From Terriglobia bacterium (lineage in GTDB: Bacteria; Acidobacteriota; UBA6911), in assembly GCA_963739235.1 (NCBI GenBank), contig CAVTZY010000023.1, forward strand, positions 133,746-197,745: DNA of 64,000 bases, written 5' to 3'. How positions within the stretch are numbered: the first letter of the stretch is position 1; every line of letters starts with the position of its first letter. A model generated the notes under the pieces. It did no database searches. It saw only the letters and a program-made list of their open reading frames with translations, and was not told where the DNA came from. Below, one piece after another: positions 8,446 to 17,209 of this stretch. The translations under genes were made by a program, and so were the position numbers.

Positions 8446-10738
8446 AGCGCGAGGCCCTCCTCCGTATTTCGTACCCGGGTTCGATGGTTGTTTCTCCACC
8501 AAACAGAACCGGTGATTTTCGGGCTTCCCTGTATCTATCGAGTGTCTCGATGACGCGTTCGATCCCCAATTTTCCTTCCTCGCCCAGCATTATTGCCCGA
8601 ACTGACGCCTGGCGGCACACAAAATCTATTTCTCGAAGGTGCATGGGCGTACTCTCGACCAGATCGATGATGCTTTCCTGCAAGTCATGATTGGTTCCCA
8701 GGTGCTTCTCCCATTGCCGAATTTGGAGGTCCTCGGGCGGAAAGTTGATCTCCAGCAGTTGGTGGAATTCCGGAAGGAGCAGGAAGTTGCCCCGACACGC
8801 GGTCACGACAAAAACAAAGCCGCGGCAATCCCGCAGCTTGTTCAGGAAGCCGCGCAAAAGCAGCGGCGCATCCTCGCTGCCTTTTATTTTCGCCATCGTA
8901 GGGCGGTATGTAGAGAACTGCTCATCGTAATCGACGAAAAGTGAGGCGGAATGGTGCCCTGGATTTTCCGCAAACGCATATTCCAGCGGGCTGACTTCCA
9001 CCTGGCCCAGCGGATCGAGGAATCTACTTGCGCCGTCGCAGGAAAGGACTTCCGAGAGGGAGTACCTTCTTATTCTAAGATCGCAGGCGCAGGCCGTGGC
9101 CTCAACTGCCGCAACTCCGACGGCGAGGTCCGCAGTTGTTACCATGACGCTCAGACCGTAATTCTGGACGCGGAGCCGTTGCCATGCAGCGGCGAGACCA
9201 TTGAATTGCTGGCGTTCGGCGGCCCTCAGCGGTAATTCATCAATTTTCAAAGTAGGCGCGTATGACTCACCCAGCTTGTACTTGTCAAAGGCGCTAACCG
9301 ACTGATAGTCCGCAATCTGCACAAGGTCGCGCATGTTGACGACGATGCCACCCGAGCCGTTCCTTCCAATTGCTTCGCTAATGGCGGCGAACAGAGTATT
9401 TTTGATCAAGCCGCCGTTGAAATGGTAGTTCCTGGCCAAGCGTGAAAGGTCTACATCTGGAGCAAGCTTCACCTTGTCCGGGACAAGCTCCTGCCAAATC
9501 TTCCTGCGCAAGGTCTCATCAGGAAATACGAATGGCACCTTCATCGTGATCCTGCGCTCCAGGGAGGGATCGAGTTGAAACGGCTTGTTTGTCGCCAGGA
9601 TCGTCATGCAGCTGGCCTTCTCGATTTCGATAAGAAGGATCCTGCTCATCTCCTGCCCTTCTCCGAATATGTCGTCACACTCATCAAAAAAGACGATTCC
9701 ATCGTGAAGACGCGCCTCTCGAAAGATGTACTTGATGACATCATCAATCTCATGCCTCCGTTCGACGCTTTTCAGACTCACCGTAAAGATGATCTTGTTT
9801 AGGGCGTTCGCGAGCGCCTTTGCAAGCATCGTCTTGCCAGTGCCCGACGGACCGTAGAACAGCATCACCAGCCCGGTTCCATATCCATAGAATTCGTCAA
9901 TTCCAAGCGCAATCCGGCGGGTCCCACCGCTTGCAAAACTCGTGACAAGTCCAACGACATCCTTTTTAAGCTGATCCGGCATAATGACCTGTGCCAGCGA
10001 TACGGTGCTTTTTTCGCGCAGGATGTTTTTGAGCGCAGAATCGTAGAAACAATTGTCGCCGAGGATGTATCGAACAATGCGCTCGTGCAGGTAGGCGGAT
10101 TGGGTCAGGATATTGGTCGTCTCGTCGATTCTGCCAAGCAATATGATGATTTCCTCCCGGATCAGCCCGCCCTCGACACTGAAGTACCTGCGACTTGCGA
10201 TTTGGTCCCGATAATCGTTACAAAGGATGGCGAGAAGGCTCCCAACCGTGAGGGATTCACGGTTTTCATCCGCATCGTAGGCTCTAGCCAAGGCACTCTT
10301 GGAGAAGGCCTTCTTAAATGTCGTGCTGGTATTGACCACAAACAGAAGCAAAACGATAAGCCGTTCAAACTCCTTCAATGAGTAGGTCTCGCAAAGCTGA
10401 CTGAAAAGCAGGTGAATTCCCCGCGCCAGCGAATTCTTTTCCCGAGCACGATTTGTGGCAACGATGCCTTCCAGACGAGCCTCAAGTGATTTTTGTTGCG
10501 GTCCGTTACTGAGCATGGAGGATCTCTCGTACTGCCATGCAGGTTCATCGGGCCCTGGCTCTGCAGTTCCAATGCTCCTTGAATCGGCGAGTTCCAGGCG
10601 CAGCAGCACCTCCTGCTCCAAAGCCTGCAGGTGATCCAGGTTGTCCTGAAAAGAGTCCTGGATTTGGCCTCCTGCCGAAGGGTGTGGAGTCGAAAACGCT
10701 GCGGTCTCTCGTGAGATGAATCGGGCTCTGTCATCCAT
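8438..10738 (-). CDS. large AAA+ ATPase (classic clade), with an N-terminal helical extension, an active D1 and a degenerate D2
   Basis: Walker A FYGPSGTGKTMLAKALA, Walker B IVFFDECDD, sensor-1 and Arg residues ILATNKPFQLDPSLERRI. The C-terminal half is AAA-like but lacks a P-loop. GGGAGG lies 6 nt before the ATG. Confidence 0.85.
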   Translation of the reverse strand: MDDRARFISRETAAFSTPHPSAGGQIQDSFQDNLDHLQALEQEVLLRLELADSRSIGTAEPGPDEPAWQYERSSMLSNGPQQKSLEARLEGIVATNRAREKNSLARGIHLLFSQLCETYSLKEFERLIVLLLFVVNTSTTFKKAFSKSALARAYDADENRESLTVGSLLAILCNDYRDQIASRRYFSVEGGLIREEIIILLGRIDETTNILTQSAYLHERIVRYILGDNCFYDSALKNILREKSTVSLAQVIMPDQLKKDVVGLVTSFASGGTRRIALGIDEFYGYGTGLVMLFYGPSGTGKTMLAKALANALNKIIFTVSLKSVERRHEIDDVIKYIFREARLHDGIVFFDECDDIFGEGQEMSRILLIEIEKASCMTILATNKPFQLDPSLERRITMKVPFVFPDETLRRKIWQELVPDKVKLAPDVDLSRLARNYHFNGGLIKNTLFAAISEAIGRNGSGGIVVNMRDLVQIADYQSVSAFDKYKLGESYAPTLKIDELPLRAAERQQFNGLAAAWQRLRVQNYGLSVMVTTADLAVGVAAVEATACACDLRIRRYSLSEVLSCDGASRFLDPLGQVEVSPLEYAFAENPGHHSASLFVDYDEQFSTYRPTMAKIKGSEDAPLLLRGFLNKLRDCRGFVFVVTACRGNFLLLPEFHQLLEINFPPEDLQIRQWEKHLGTNHDLQESIIDLVESTPMHLREIDFVCRQASVRAIMLGEEGKLGIERVIETLDRYREARKSPVLFGGETTIEPGYEIRRRASRYD

Positions 10739-10753
10739 GTTTGCCTCCCAGTA

Positions 10754-11320
10754 TCAGGATCTGCTCCCCAGCGGTTCGACAAGGTCGGCCAAGCCGAATT
10801 TGACGGCCTCGTCTGGCGAGAGCCATGTGTCCACGTCCCGTAAGAGCGTCTTCTCCAGTTCCTCCCTTGACGCGAGGTTTGTGTGCCTCAGGTAATGGTC
10901 CACGATCCGGGCATGCATAAGATCCTCCTCCTTACGGCCCGCAATCAGCTGGCTGTAGTTGCCAACCGTCCATGCCAGGTACCTGTGCGAAAGGACCGAC
11001 GTCCTGGGAGTGATTACCCTGTGACCTTTGCGGCCGGTCATAAAAACCAGCAAACCCATCGAAGCAATCATGCCAATGCCGGTCGTGTAGACCGGGATTC
11101 GAGACCATTCGATAAGGTCGATAATGGCAAATCCCGCCGTGCATGAACCGCCGACAGAGTGGATGATGAGCTGGATTTGGGCCACGTCACCCTTGATGTT
11201 GTACTCGATGATTTCCCTGCAGACGCTTTCCGCCGCGCCTGAATTGATGTCTCCAGACAGGAAAATGATCCCGTACTCTTTCAGACCGGTTTCCTTGTCC
11301 TCGTTTCCGTTGTTTTTCAT
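10754..11320 (-). CDS. ClpP-family (S14) serine protease-like protein
   Basis: ORF 10754..11572. Preferred start is ATG 11320 (MKNNGNED), preceded by GGAGGA. Aligns by eye to ClpP: HSVGGSCTAGFAIID, GMIASMG (Ser), VLSHRY (His), DVDTWLSPDEAVKFGLAD (Asp). Confidence 0.8.
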   Translation of the reverse strand: MKNNGNEDKETGLKEYGIIFLSGDINSGAAESVCREIIEYNIKGDVAQIQLIIHSVGGSCTAGFAIIDLIEWSRIPVYTTGIGMIASMGLLVFMTGRKGHRVITPRTSVLSHRYLAWTVGNYSQLIAGRKEEDLMHARIVDHYLRHTNLASREELEKTLLRDVDTWLSPDEAVKFGLADLVEPLGSRS

Positions 11321-11439
11321 GCTTTCCTCCATTAGGCTACAGAGCGTTCCTTGCAGGAAGTGCCTGTTCCGTGCTGCTATAGATACAGAGGGACTGTTGC
11401 ATTTTTGGCTACATCCCTGAAAAAAAGTGGGAGGTCGTA

Positions 11440-12471
11440 ATGCGCGGCAAGCTATTGGTCCGGTTTCACAGGGCCCTGCAGCTGATCGGCAGAGCACAAG
11501 GCGCCTCGATTCGGGATTTGACGAGCGAACTGGGAATCGACCGCACTTCCGTGTACCGGCTGTTCCGAACAATTGAAGACATGGGATTTCCGCTGTATGA
11601 GGACAAGACGCCGCTCGAAAGGGTCAAGCGGTGGAAGTTCCTTGACTCAGGTTCCGGGAGGCGGCGAGCCGGCGTAGACGAATTGAGGGTTTCGCGATCA
11701 GAATTGATCGCCCTCACCTTCATCCGGGGATATGCGCGTCTCTACAGAGGGACGGCCCTTGAGGACGACGTCAGTGCTGCGTTCGACAAGATCTGCAGTT
11801 CGCTGTCCCCCCAACTCGCGACACAGCTCAAGCGGGTCCAGTCTCTTTTTATACCGTCGGTCAAATTCGCCAAGGACTACTCTGGCAAAGACGACGTCAT
11901 CGACTCGCTGACCGAAGCGATCCTCCAGCAGAGGACTTGCCTCATCCAGTATCACTCGTTCTCGAATGGCCGGCGCAAGAAATTCTCCATAGATCCGCTT
12001 CACTTCTTTGAGCACAGCGGCGGGTTGTACCTCTTCGCCAACGCCACGGACTTCGGGGACATACGCACTCTGGCGGTGGAGCGAATCGAGGAGATCGAGA
12101 TTACAGAAACTGCGTTCACTTACCCGGAAGAATTCGACCCAGAGAAGTGGCTGGAGGAGGCCTTTACCATTTTTGGGGATGACCAGTTCGAAGCACGCAT
12201 TTGGTTTTCTGCTGATCAAGCCAAGTACATCAAGGAGAGAACGTGGGCAAAGCAGCAAAGAATCCTTGACCACATGGATGGTTCCGTCATCCTCGAAATG
12301 ACCACTTCCGGGCGTTGGGACGTAATGCGCTGGGTCCTGGGTTTTGGGTCGCAGGCGGAAATACTGGGACCCGAAGATCTTCGCGAGGAAACCTCCTTGG
12401 TATTGCAGGCCGCCAGTAGCCGTTATGCTGGAGGGAGCGCCGCGCAAGCGCCGCAATCTCCTCATGGCTAA
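11440..12471 (+). CDS. WYL-domain transcriptional regulator (HTH-WYL-WCX architecture)
   Basis: N-terminal HTH IRDLTSELGIDRTSVYRLFRTIEDMG. WYL-like core CLIQYHSFSNGRRKKFSIDPLHFFEHSGGLYLFA...IRTLAVERI. Divergent from the ClpP-like operon, with a 119-bp intergenic region. Confidence 0.85.
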   Translation: MRGKLLVRFHRALQLIGRAQGASIRDLTSELGIDRTSVYRLFRTIEDMGFPLYEDKTPLERVKRWKFLDSGSGRRRAGVDELRVSRSELIALTFIRGYARLYRGTALEDDVSAAFDKICSSLSPQLATQLKRVQSLFIPSVKFAKDYSGKDDVIDSLTEAILQQRTCLIQYHSFSNGRRKKFSIDPLHFFEHSGGLYLFANATDFGDIRTLAVERIEEIEITETAFTYPEEFDPEKWLEEAFTIFGDDQFEARIWFSADQAKYIKERTWAKQQRILDHMDGSVILEMTTSGRWDVMRWVLGFGSQAEILGPEDLREETSLVLQAASSRYAGGSAAQAPQSPHG

Positions 12472-12670
12472 AATCACCTGCAGTATGATGCGAACAAAGT
12501 CCTGCATGACAGACAAAGAAATGGTTCGGAAGGATCCTTAGCGCCTGCGCAAAAATAACTTCACATTCTGCGGAGCAACTATCCCAAAGGTCGTTTACGC
12601 ATCTTGATCGTCTATGGGCATCAAATGGCCATTTATCAATAAATTTATGAGATGGTTGGGAATCATGGGT

Positions 12671-12718
12671 GTGGTATAATTCGTCCTGGTAGACTCTTTT
12701 CAGGAGGAACTATACCAC
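12671..12718 (+). promoter_or_regulatory. candidate extended -10 promoter (TGGTATAAT, 12672..12680) inside an 8-bp fold-back (GTGGTATA / TATACCAC) that ends at the orfA ATG
   Basis: Read directly from the sequence. The SD AGGAGG (12702..12707) lies in the loop. Confidence 0.35.
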
Positions 12719-13471
12719 ATGGTATTTGATCCGAATGTCCTTCGATCCTTCCTGCATCAAGAGAGGATTGCCACGCTCCCGGAGCTGAAGCAAGCTTTGG
12801 GAAGCATGGCTACCATGACCGTGTTTCGAAAGCTCAAGGCGTTAGGCTACCGCACGAGCTATTCGCACCGCGGGAGATACTACACGCTGGTGAACATTCC
12901 CCGGTTCGACGAGCGAGGTCTCTGGACTTGCCGCGCCGTATGGTTTTCGCGCGACGGCAGCCTGCTCACCACCGCCCGGCGGTTTGTGAACGATTCCGAT
13001 GCTGGGCTTACCGCCGGGGAATTGCAGGCGCTACTGAATGTCGAGGTCAAGGAATCGCTTCTGGTGCTGTACCGTCGAGGGCAAATTGCCCGCGAGGAAA
13101 TCGGCGGCGTCCTTGTGCACTTTTCTACTGAGCCTGGGGTACGGCGCGAGCAATGGCTGCGCCGCCAGAGTCCGGCGGGTGCGCTGGAGGTGGGCGACTC
13201 GGCGGCGGGCGAAGGGCTGGCGCCGGAAATGAAGGCCGCGATCATTCTGTTTTTCAGCTTGCTGGATGAGAAACAGAGGCGGGTGTATGCGGGCTTGGAG
13301 GCCCAGAAGCTCGGATACGGCGGCGATATCAAGATTGCGGACTTTCTGGGGTTGGACGTGCACACAGTGTCGCGTGGGCGCCGGGAACTCTTTGGAGACC
13401 GTGTCCAGCGGGAAAGGATTCGCCGTCAGGGCGGTGGGCGCCCGGCTGCGGAAAAAAAACGCCGGAAGTGA
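12719..13471 (+). CDS. ISAzo13-family transposase OrfA (N-terminal DNA-binding part)
   Basis: 250-aa ORF ending GGGRPAAEKKRRK* just after an A8 run (13452..13459). Contains LDEKQRRVYAGLEAQKLGYGGDIKIADFLGLDVHTVSRGRRE. Confidence 0.8.
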   Translation: MVFDPNVLRSFLHQERIATLPELKQALGSMATMTVFRKLKALGYRTSYSHRGRYYTLVNIPRFDERGLWTCRAVWFSRDGSLLTTARRFVNDSDAGLTAGELQALLNVEVKESLLVLYRRGQIAREEIGGVLVHFSTEPGVRREQWLRRQSPAGALEVGDSAAGEGLAPEMKAAIILFFSLLDEKQRRVYAGLEAQKLGYGGDIKIADFLGLDVHTVSRGRRELFGDRVQRERIRRQGGGRPAAEKKRRK

Positions 13472-14424
13472 TCGCATGCATTTCGGACCTGCTCAAACAC
13501 GAAACGGCTGGCGATCCGATGAAGGGTCTGAAGTGGACCCGAAGGACAACCAGGAAAATCGCTCGAGAACTGCGTCGGCTGCAGATCCGTGTTAGTGCCA
13601 ACACGGTGCGCCGGTTGTTGAAGCGGATGGGGTTCTCCTTGCGCGTGAACCACAAGAGACTGGAGTCAGGGAACAAGAATCCGCCGCCCCGCCGGGTACG
13701 AAACCAGCAGTTTTTATACATCGGCCGGAAAAGGGAGGAGTTCTCCTCCAACGGAAAGCCTGTCATCAGCGTGGACGCGAAAAAGAAGGAGATGGTCGGG
13801 GCCTTCAAGAATCCCGGGGTGTCGTGGCAACGCGAACCGCAGATCGTCAACGACCACGACTTCCGCAGCGATGCCGAGGGGATGGCGATTCCCTATGGCA
13901 TCTACGATACGCGGACCAATCATGGTTTCGTGGTGGTCGGGACCAGCACCGAAACGCCCGCCTTCGCAGTGGACGCAATCGTTTCCTGGTGGAAAAGTCG
14001 GGGCGGCAGTATCTATCCTGATGCAGATGAACTCCTGATCTTGGCAGACTGTGGCGGCGGCAACAGCGCCCGTGCGCGTGGATGGAAGTATCACCTGCAA
14101 CACCGGTTCTGCAATCCTTACGGGCTGAAGGTGACCGTCTGTCATTATCCGCCTGGCGCATCAAAATGGAATCCGATCGAGCACCGCCTGTTTTCCCAGA
14201 TTAGCAAGAACTGGGCAGGCAAGCCGCTGGAAAGCTATGAGACTGTGATCAAGTATATTCACTCGACTACTACCTCGGGCGGATTGAAGGTCAACGCCTG
14301 GTTGTCACTGAAGCGTTATGAAAAGGGCGAAGAGATCTCCAACGTAGAGATGAAGCGGCTCATGCTTGCCGGCCACAAGACGCTACCGGCATGGAATTAC
14401 ACGTTGACGCCGAGCAGAATGTGA
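13468..14424 (+). CDS. ISAzo13-family DDE transposase catalytic part (OrfB; open in the -1 frame from 13459)
   Basis: LLKHETAGDPMKGLKWT...ISVDAKKKE...LILADCGGGNSAR...WNPIEHRLFS, typical of ISAzo13-like transposases. The stop lies inside the right IR. Confidence 0.85.
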   Translation: MIACISDLLKHETAGDPMKGLKWTRRTTRKIARELRRLQIRVSANTVRRLLKRMGFSLRVNHKRLESGNKNPPPRRVRNQQFLYIGRKREEFSSNGKPVISVDAKKKEMVGAFKNPGVSWQREPQIVNDHDFRSDAEGMAIPYGIYDTRTNHGFVVVGTSTETPAFAVDAIVSWWKSRGGSIYPDADELLILADCGGGNSARARGWKYHLQHRFCNPYGLKVTVCHYPPGASKWNPIEHRLFSQISKNWAGKPLESYETVIKYIHSTTTSGGLKVNAWLSLKRYEKGEEISNVEMKRLMLAGHKTLPAWNYTLTPSRM

Positions 14425-14444
14425 AGTTATTTTTGCGCAGGCGC

Positions 14445-14790
14445 TTAGCTGGCAGCGCCCGCCTTCCCAATGGCGCAAGATGCGGCCGACGACCCGTGGG
14501 CCGGTAATAAAAGAGACGATCTGCATGCGGGCGCCACAGGGGCATATCAGTGGGTCCGCTTCGAAGATTTTTCTCAGGAGGCGCGCCCACGTGCTCCGGG
14601 CTTCCCTGGAGAAGTCGGAATTGTCCTGCTCCGGGTGTGAGTTTGCCGCGGCGCGGTCGCCAAGGGCCGACGAAAGAGTGACTCTGGCCCGGTTCGAGCA
14701 GGGGCCGCAAAAGCGTTGGCTATGGCGCCTGGGATCGGGGATGTGAGTGCTGATGCGGTGAATCCACTCCAGCGGATCGAGCGTAGGGTG
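14445..14790 (-). pseudogene. IS91-family transposase C-terminal fragment, interrupted by the ISAzo13 insertion
   Basis: The ORF 14383..14928 segment LDPLEWIHRISTHIPDPRRHSQRF...WARLLRKIFEADPLICPCGARMQIVSFITGPRVVGRILRH parallels the copies at 35849 and 41482. Homology stops at the IS junction. Confidence 0.7.
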
Positions 14791-14791
14791 C

Positions 14792-15256
14792 CTACTTCGC
14801 TGACCCGTCCCACTCTTCCCACTGCAATCGCAGGCGCTCAAGTTGGCCTTGCGGGTAGTAACAGGGTGCCCAAGCCTTAATTCCTTGCAACTTCTCGGTC
14901 TCCTGGGCTTGGGTAACGCATTGGGCAACCACTATGGAGGATTCCAGAAATGCTTCCAGACCGTTAATCTTCGGGTCGTATCGAACGAAAACATAGAAGT
15001 TATTGGGGGCGCACCATTCGGAGTAGCGTGTCCCGATGGGCCAGAAACCAACGCGACTGCGCGAGGTCTTAACCTGGAGGTTGGCTGGCCGCATGCCTTC
15101 CCGGTTCACGACAACAATATCAACGCCAGCGGTGTTGCGGATTGTGGGAAGGGCGATCAGCCCCCGCAGGCTTAGCTGGGACGCGACAAAGTGGACCCCT
15201 GCGGCACCAATGAGCGACTTGTCACGGGTCGGATAGTCTGCCTTCTCTTTCTTCAT
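14792..15256 (-). CDS. small PD-(D/E)XK endonuclease-like protein
   Basis: GAAGVHFVASQLSLRGLIALPTIRNTAGVDIVVVN...ANLQVKTSRS fits the G..GE / D / (E/Q)xK pattern of small restriction-endonuclease-fold proteins. Confidence 0.5.
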   Translation of the reverse strand: MKKEKADYPTRDKSLIGAAGVHFVASQLSLRGLIALPTIRNTAGVDIVVVNREGMRPANLQVKTSRSRVGFWPIGTRYSEWCAPNNFYVFVRYDPKINGLEAFLESSIVVAQCVTQAQETEKLQGIKAWAPCYYPQGQLERLRLQWEEWDGSAK

Positions 15257-15293
15257 ATTTCACCCCTGACGACCGGCATTGGGTGAGCGGGAT

Positions 15294-15554
15294 TCATTCC
15301 CCAGCGCGGGGCTTCAGTTTCAGCTTGCTTTTGTTTTCCTCCATGAAGGTTCGCAGTTCATCGGCGCGGGCCAGCAGCCGCGTCCACTGTTCGTAATAGA
15401 GCGTCACCGGAAACCTCCCGAGGCCGTAAACGCTGATGGCTCCCTTTTCACTCACACGGAATTCCAGCGCCGCCGGTTTCTTGGCCTGAGCTTGCTGTTC
15501 CAGCTCCGCGATCCGTTTCAGCAACTCCTCTTTAGTCGGTTCCGACTCTGCCAT
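15294..15554 (-). CDS. hypothetical small protein (86 aa) with a coiled-coil N-terminus
   Basis: ORF 15294..15602. Preferred start is ATG 15554 behind AGGAGA (MAESEPTKEELLKRIAELEQQAQ...). Confidence 0.5.
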   Translation of the reverse strand: MAESEPTKEELLKRIAELEQQAQAKKPAALEFRVSEKGAISVYGLGRFPVTLYYEQWTRLLARADELRTFMEENKSKLKLKPRAGE

Positions 15555-15853
15555 GATGGTCTCCTGTTCTGCCACGCATTTTGCGTGATATGAGCTGTTC
15601 AAGTCCTGATCGATTTGGTCTTCGATCTTACAGCAGTGTCGATGGGGCGGAACAGGAGAATTTGGTTGGGTGGCTGGACGCCGAGGTACTCGCCTGGGTC
15701 AATTCGCGTTTCAAAGATGAGAACTGACAGGCGGGGTCGTGGAATCTCAATCGTTTCAACGCGGCCGGGATTTTGGCGAATGACACCATGTCGCTGCAGG
15801 TGAAACCCATCGGGAATCTCCTCTTAGTCGCTCTCGCACAATTTCCGAGGCGT

Positions 15854-17209
15854 CTACTCATCTGTGGATTGCCTGGGGCTCCATCGCGCCTTTGCCCTCT
15901 CCAAGAATGAGGGCTGCGAGCCCGGCTTTTTGCCTGCCACCATATCCTCGAATTCCGCTATGAAACCCTTCTTGCGATAGTGTTCAGATCGGATGTCATG
16001 CACAAGGCCAAGCCATACAGAGTTGCGTCCCGCTCTTTCATAGCAGCGCTTCGCGTTTTTGAAATCTGAGAGGGCCTCACGATAGTACTTGCTCTTCTTT
16101 CGCTTCAGTATGCGCATCCCCTGGGCGCACCAGAGCCGCGCGGAAATCTCGGGTTGTGTCTTGGCCAGCTTTTTCGCCGTTCGCTCAATAACATAGTGGC
16201 TTTCGGCTTCGAGGGCATCATCGCTTGCCTGGCGCAGGCGATCGACAAGACGTTCGACTTCCCCGGTCGATAGATGCAGCTCGATGAACGCGCTGAGGTT
16301 TGAGTCTGTCGCCGCCTCGATGGCCTTCTTGTGCCACGAAGGCCGGTCTATCCTCGGCACGAACTTCATCAGCTCGTCATAGGAGAGCCTGCTGGGATAC
16401 TTCTGATATTCGATCCACGCCGCATCGAGTGCTTCATTACCCCGACCCGCCCTCGCGAGTAGTTCGCGCTTGAGCCGGGTGAGGTCATGCCCCGCTGCGG
16501 AGCTATATGGCGTGTCCTTGTCGATTTCTAGACCGCGAGCAACCCAGGCAAGCGCATCCTCGAATTTGCGCCGCGTGAGGAGAATCCTGGCAATTGCGAG
16601 GCAATCCGGAACCGCGAGTCCCGTCAGTTCGGCGAGATTTGCGTAGGCTTCAACATTTTTTTGCTGCAGGTAGATCGCTTGCAAAACCTCGCCCCAATGT
16701 CGCTGGGCGGACGTTGGCCGCCGCTGCGCCGGATCGTGCGATGTGGCCGCAAACCCCCTGTCAAATCGCGCGCGAACCTGCCGCTCGAATGCCGCCAGCC
16801 CAGCCTTGTTAAATACCTTGGCCGTCTCCCGCTCAATCTGGTGGAGGAGGCAGAAGGGATCATGGTCCATCCAGAAGAGAAGGCGTGTGGCGGTCTCATC
16901 CGGATCGACACCCGCGGCCTGACGCGAATTGATCCAACCGCATACGAGACCGTCCACGAACACGCCGAAGGACCCGCCCGAATCGTCGATCTCATTGGCC
17001 TTCTCATTGCAGCCGGCGAGGAAGGCTTCATAGAGCGAGGCTGCGCGGGTGGGTTCGTTCGTGACGAGCTTGGCAATCTCGCTCTCAACCTCTTCGAGAT
17101 TGCGCACAAAGCTGAAGCAATTGTTGTAGGAAATGAAATGGTCCGGATCTAAGGCGCATTCTATCTTCCGTTCTATTGGATCTAATATTTGACGAGGCCG
17201 TTTACTCAT
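15854..17209 (-). CDS. hypothetical alpha-helical protein (451 aa)
   Basis: ORF 15854..17317. Preferred start is ATG 17209 (MSKRPRQILDP). Long, clean ORF. Family not recognised with confidence. Confidence 0.65.
   Translation of the reverse strand: MSKRPRQILDPIERKIECALDPDHFISYNNCFSFVRNLEEVESEIAKLVTNEPTRAASLYEAFLAGCNEKANEIDDSGGSFGVFVDGLVCGWINSRQAAGVDPDETATRLLFWMDHDPFCLLHQIERETAKVFNKAGLAAFERQVRARFDRGFAATSHDPAQRRPTSAQRHWGEVLQAIYLQQKNVEAYANLAELTGLAVPDCLAIARILLTRRKFEDALAWVARGLEIDKDTPYSSAAGHDLTRLKRELLARAGRGNEALDAAWIEYQKYPSRLSYDELMKFVPRIDRPSWHKKAIEAATDSNLSAFIELHLSTGEVERLVDRLRQASDDALEAESHYVIERTAKKLAKTQPEISARLWCAQGMRILKRKKSKYYREALSDFKNAKRCYERAGRNSVWLGLVHDIRSEHYRKKGFIAEFEDMVAGKKPGSQPSFLERAKARWSPRQSTDE

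Larger units (their letters stand above)
12541..14444 (+). mobile_element. ISAzo13-family insertion sequence (1904 bp) with perfect 31-bp terminal inverted repeats
   Basis: 12541..12571 GCGCCTGCGCAAAAATAACTTCACATTCTGC is the exact reverse complement of 14414..14444. TTA flanks both ends (12538..12540 and 14445..14447), a possible 3-bp target duplication. Confidence 0.85.

Noticed and set aside
11698-12516. 272-aa minus-strand ORF
   Set aside because: Antisense to the well-supported WYL regulator gene.
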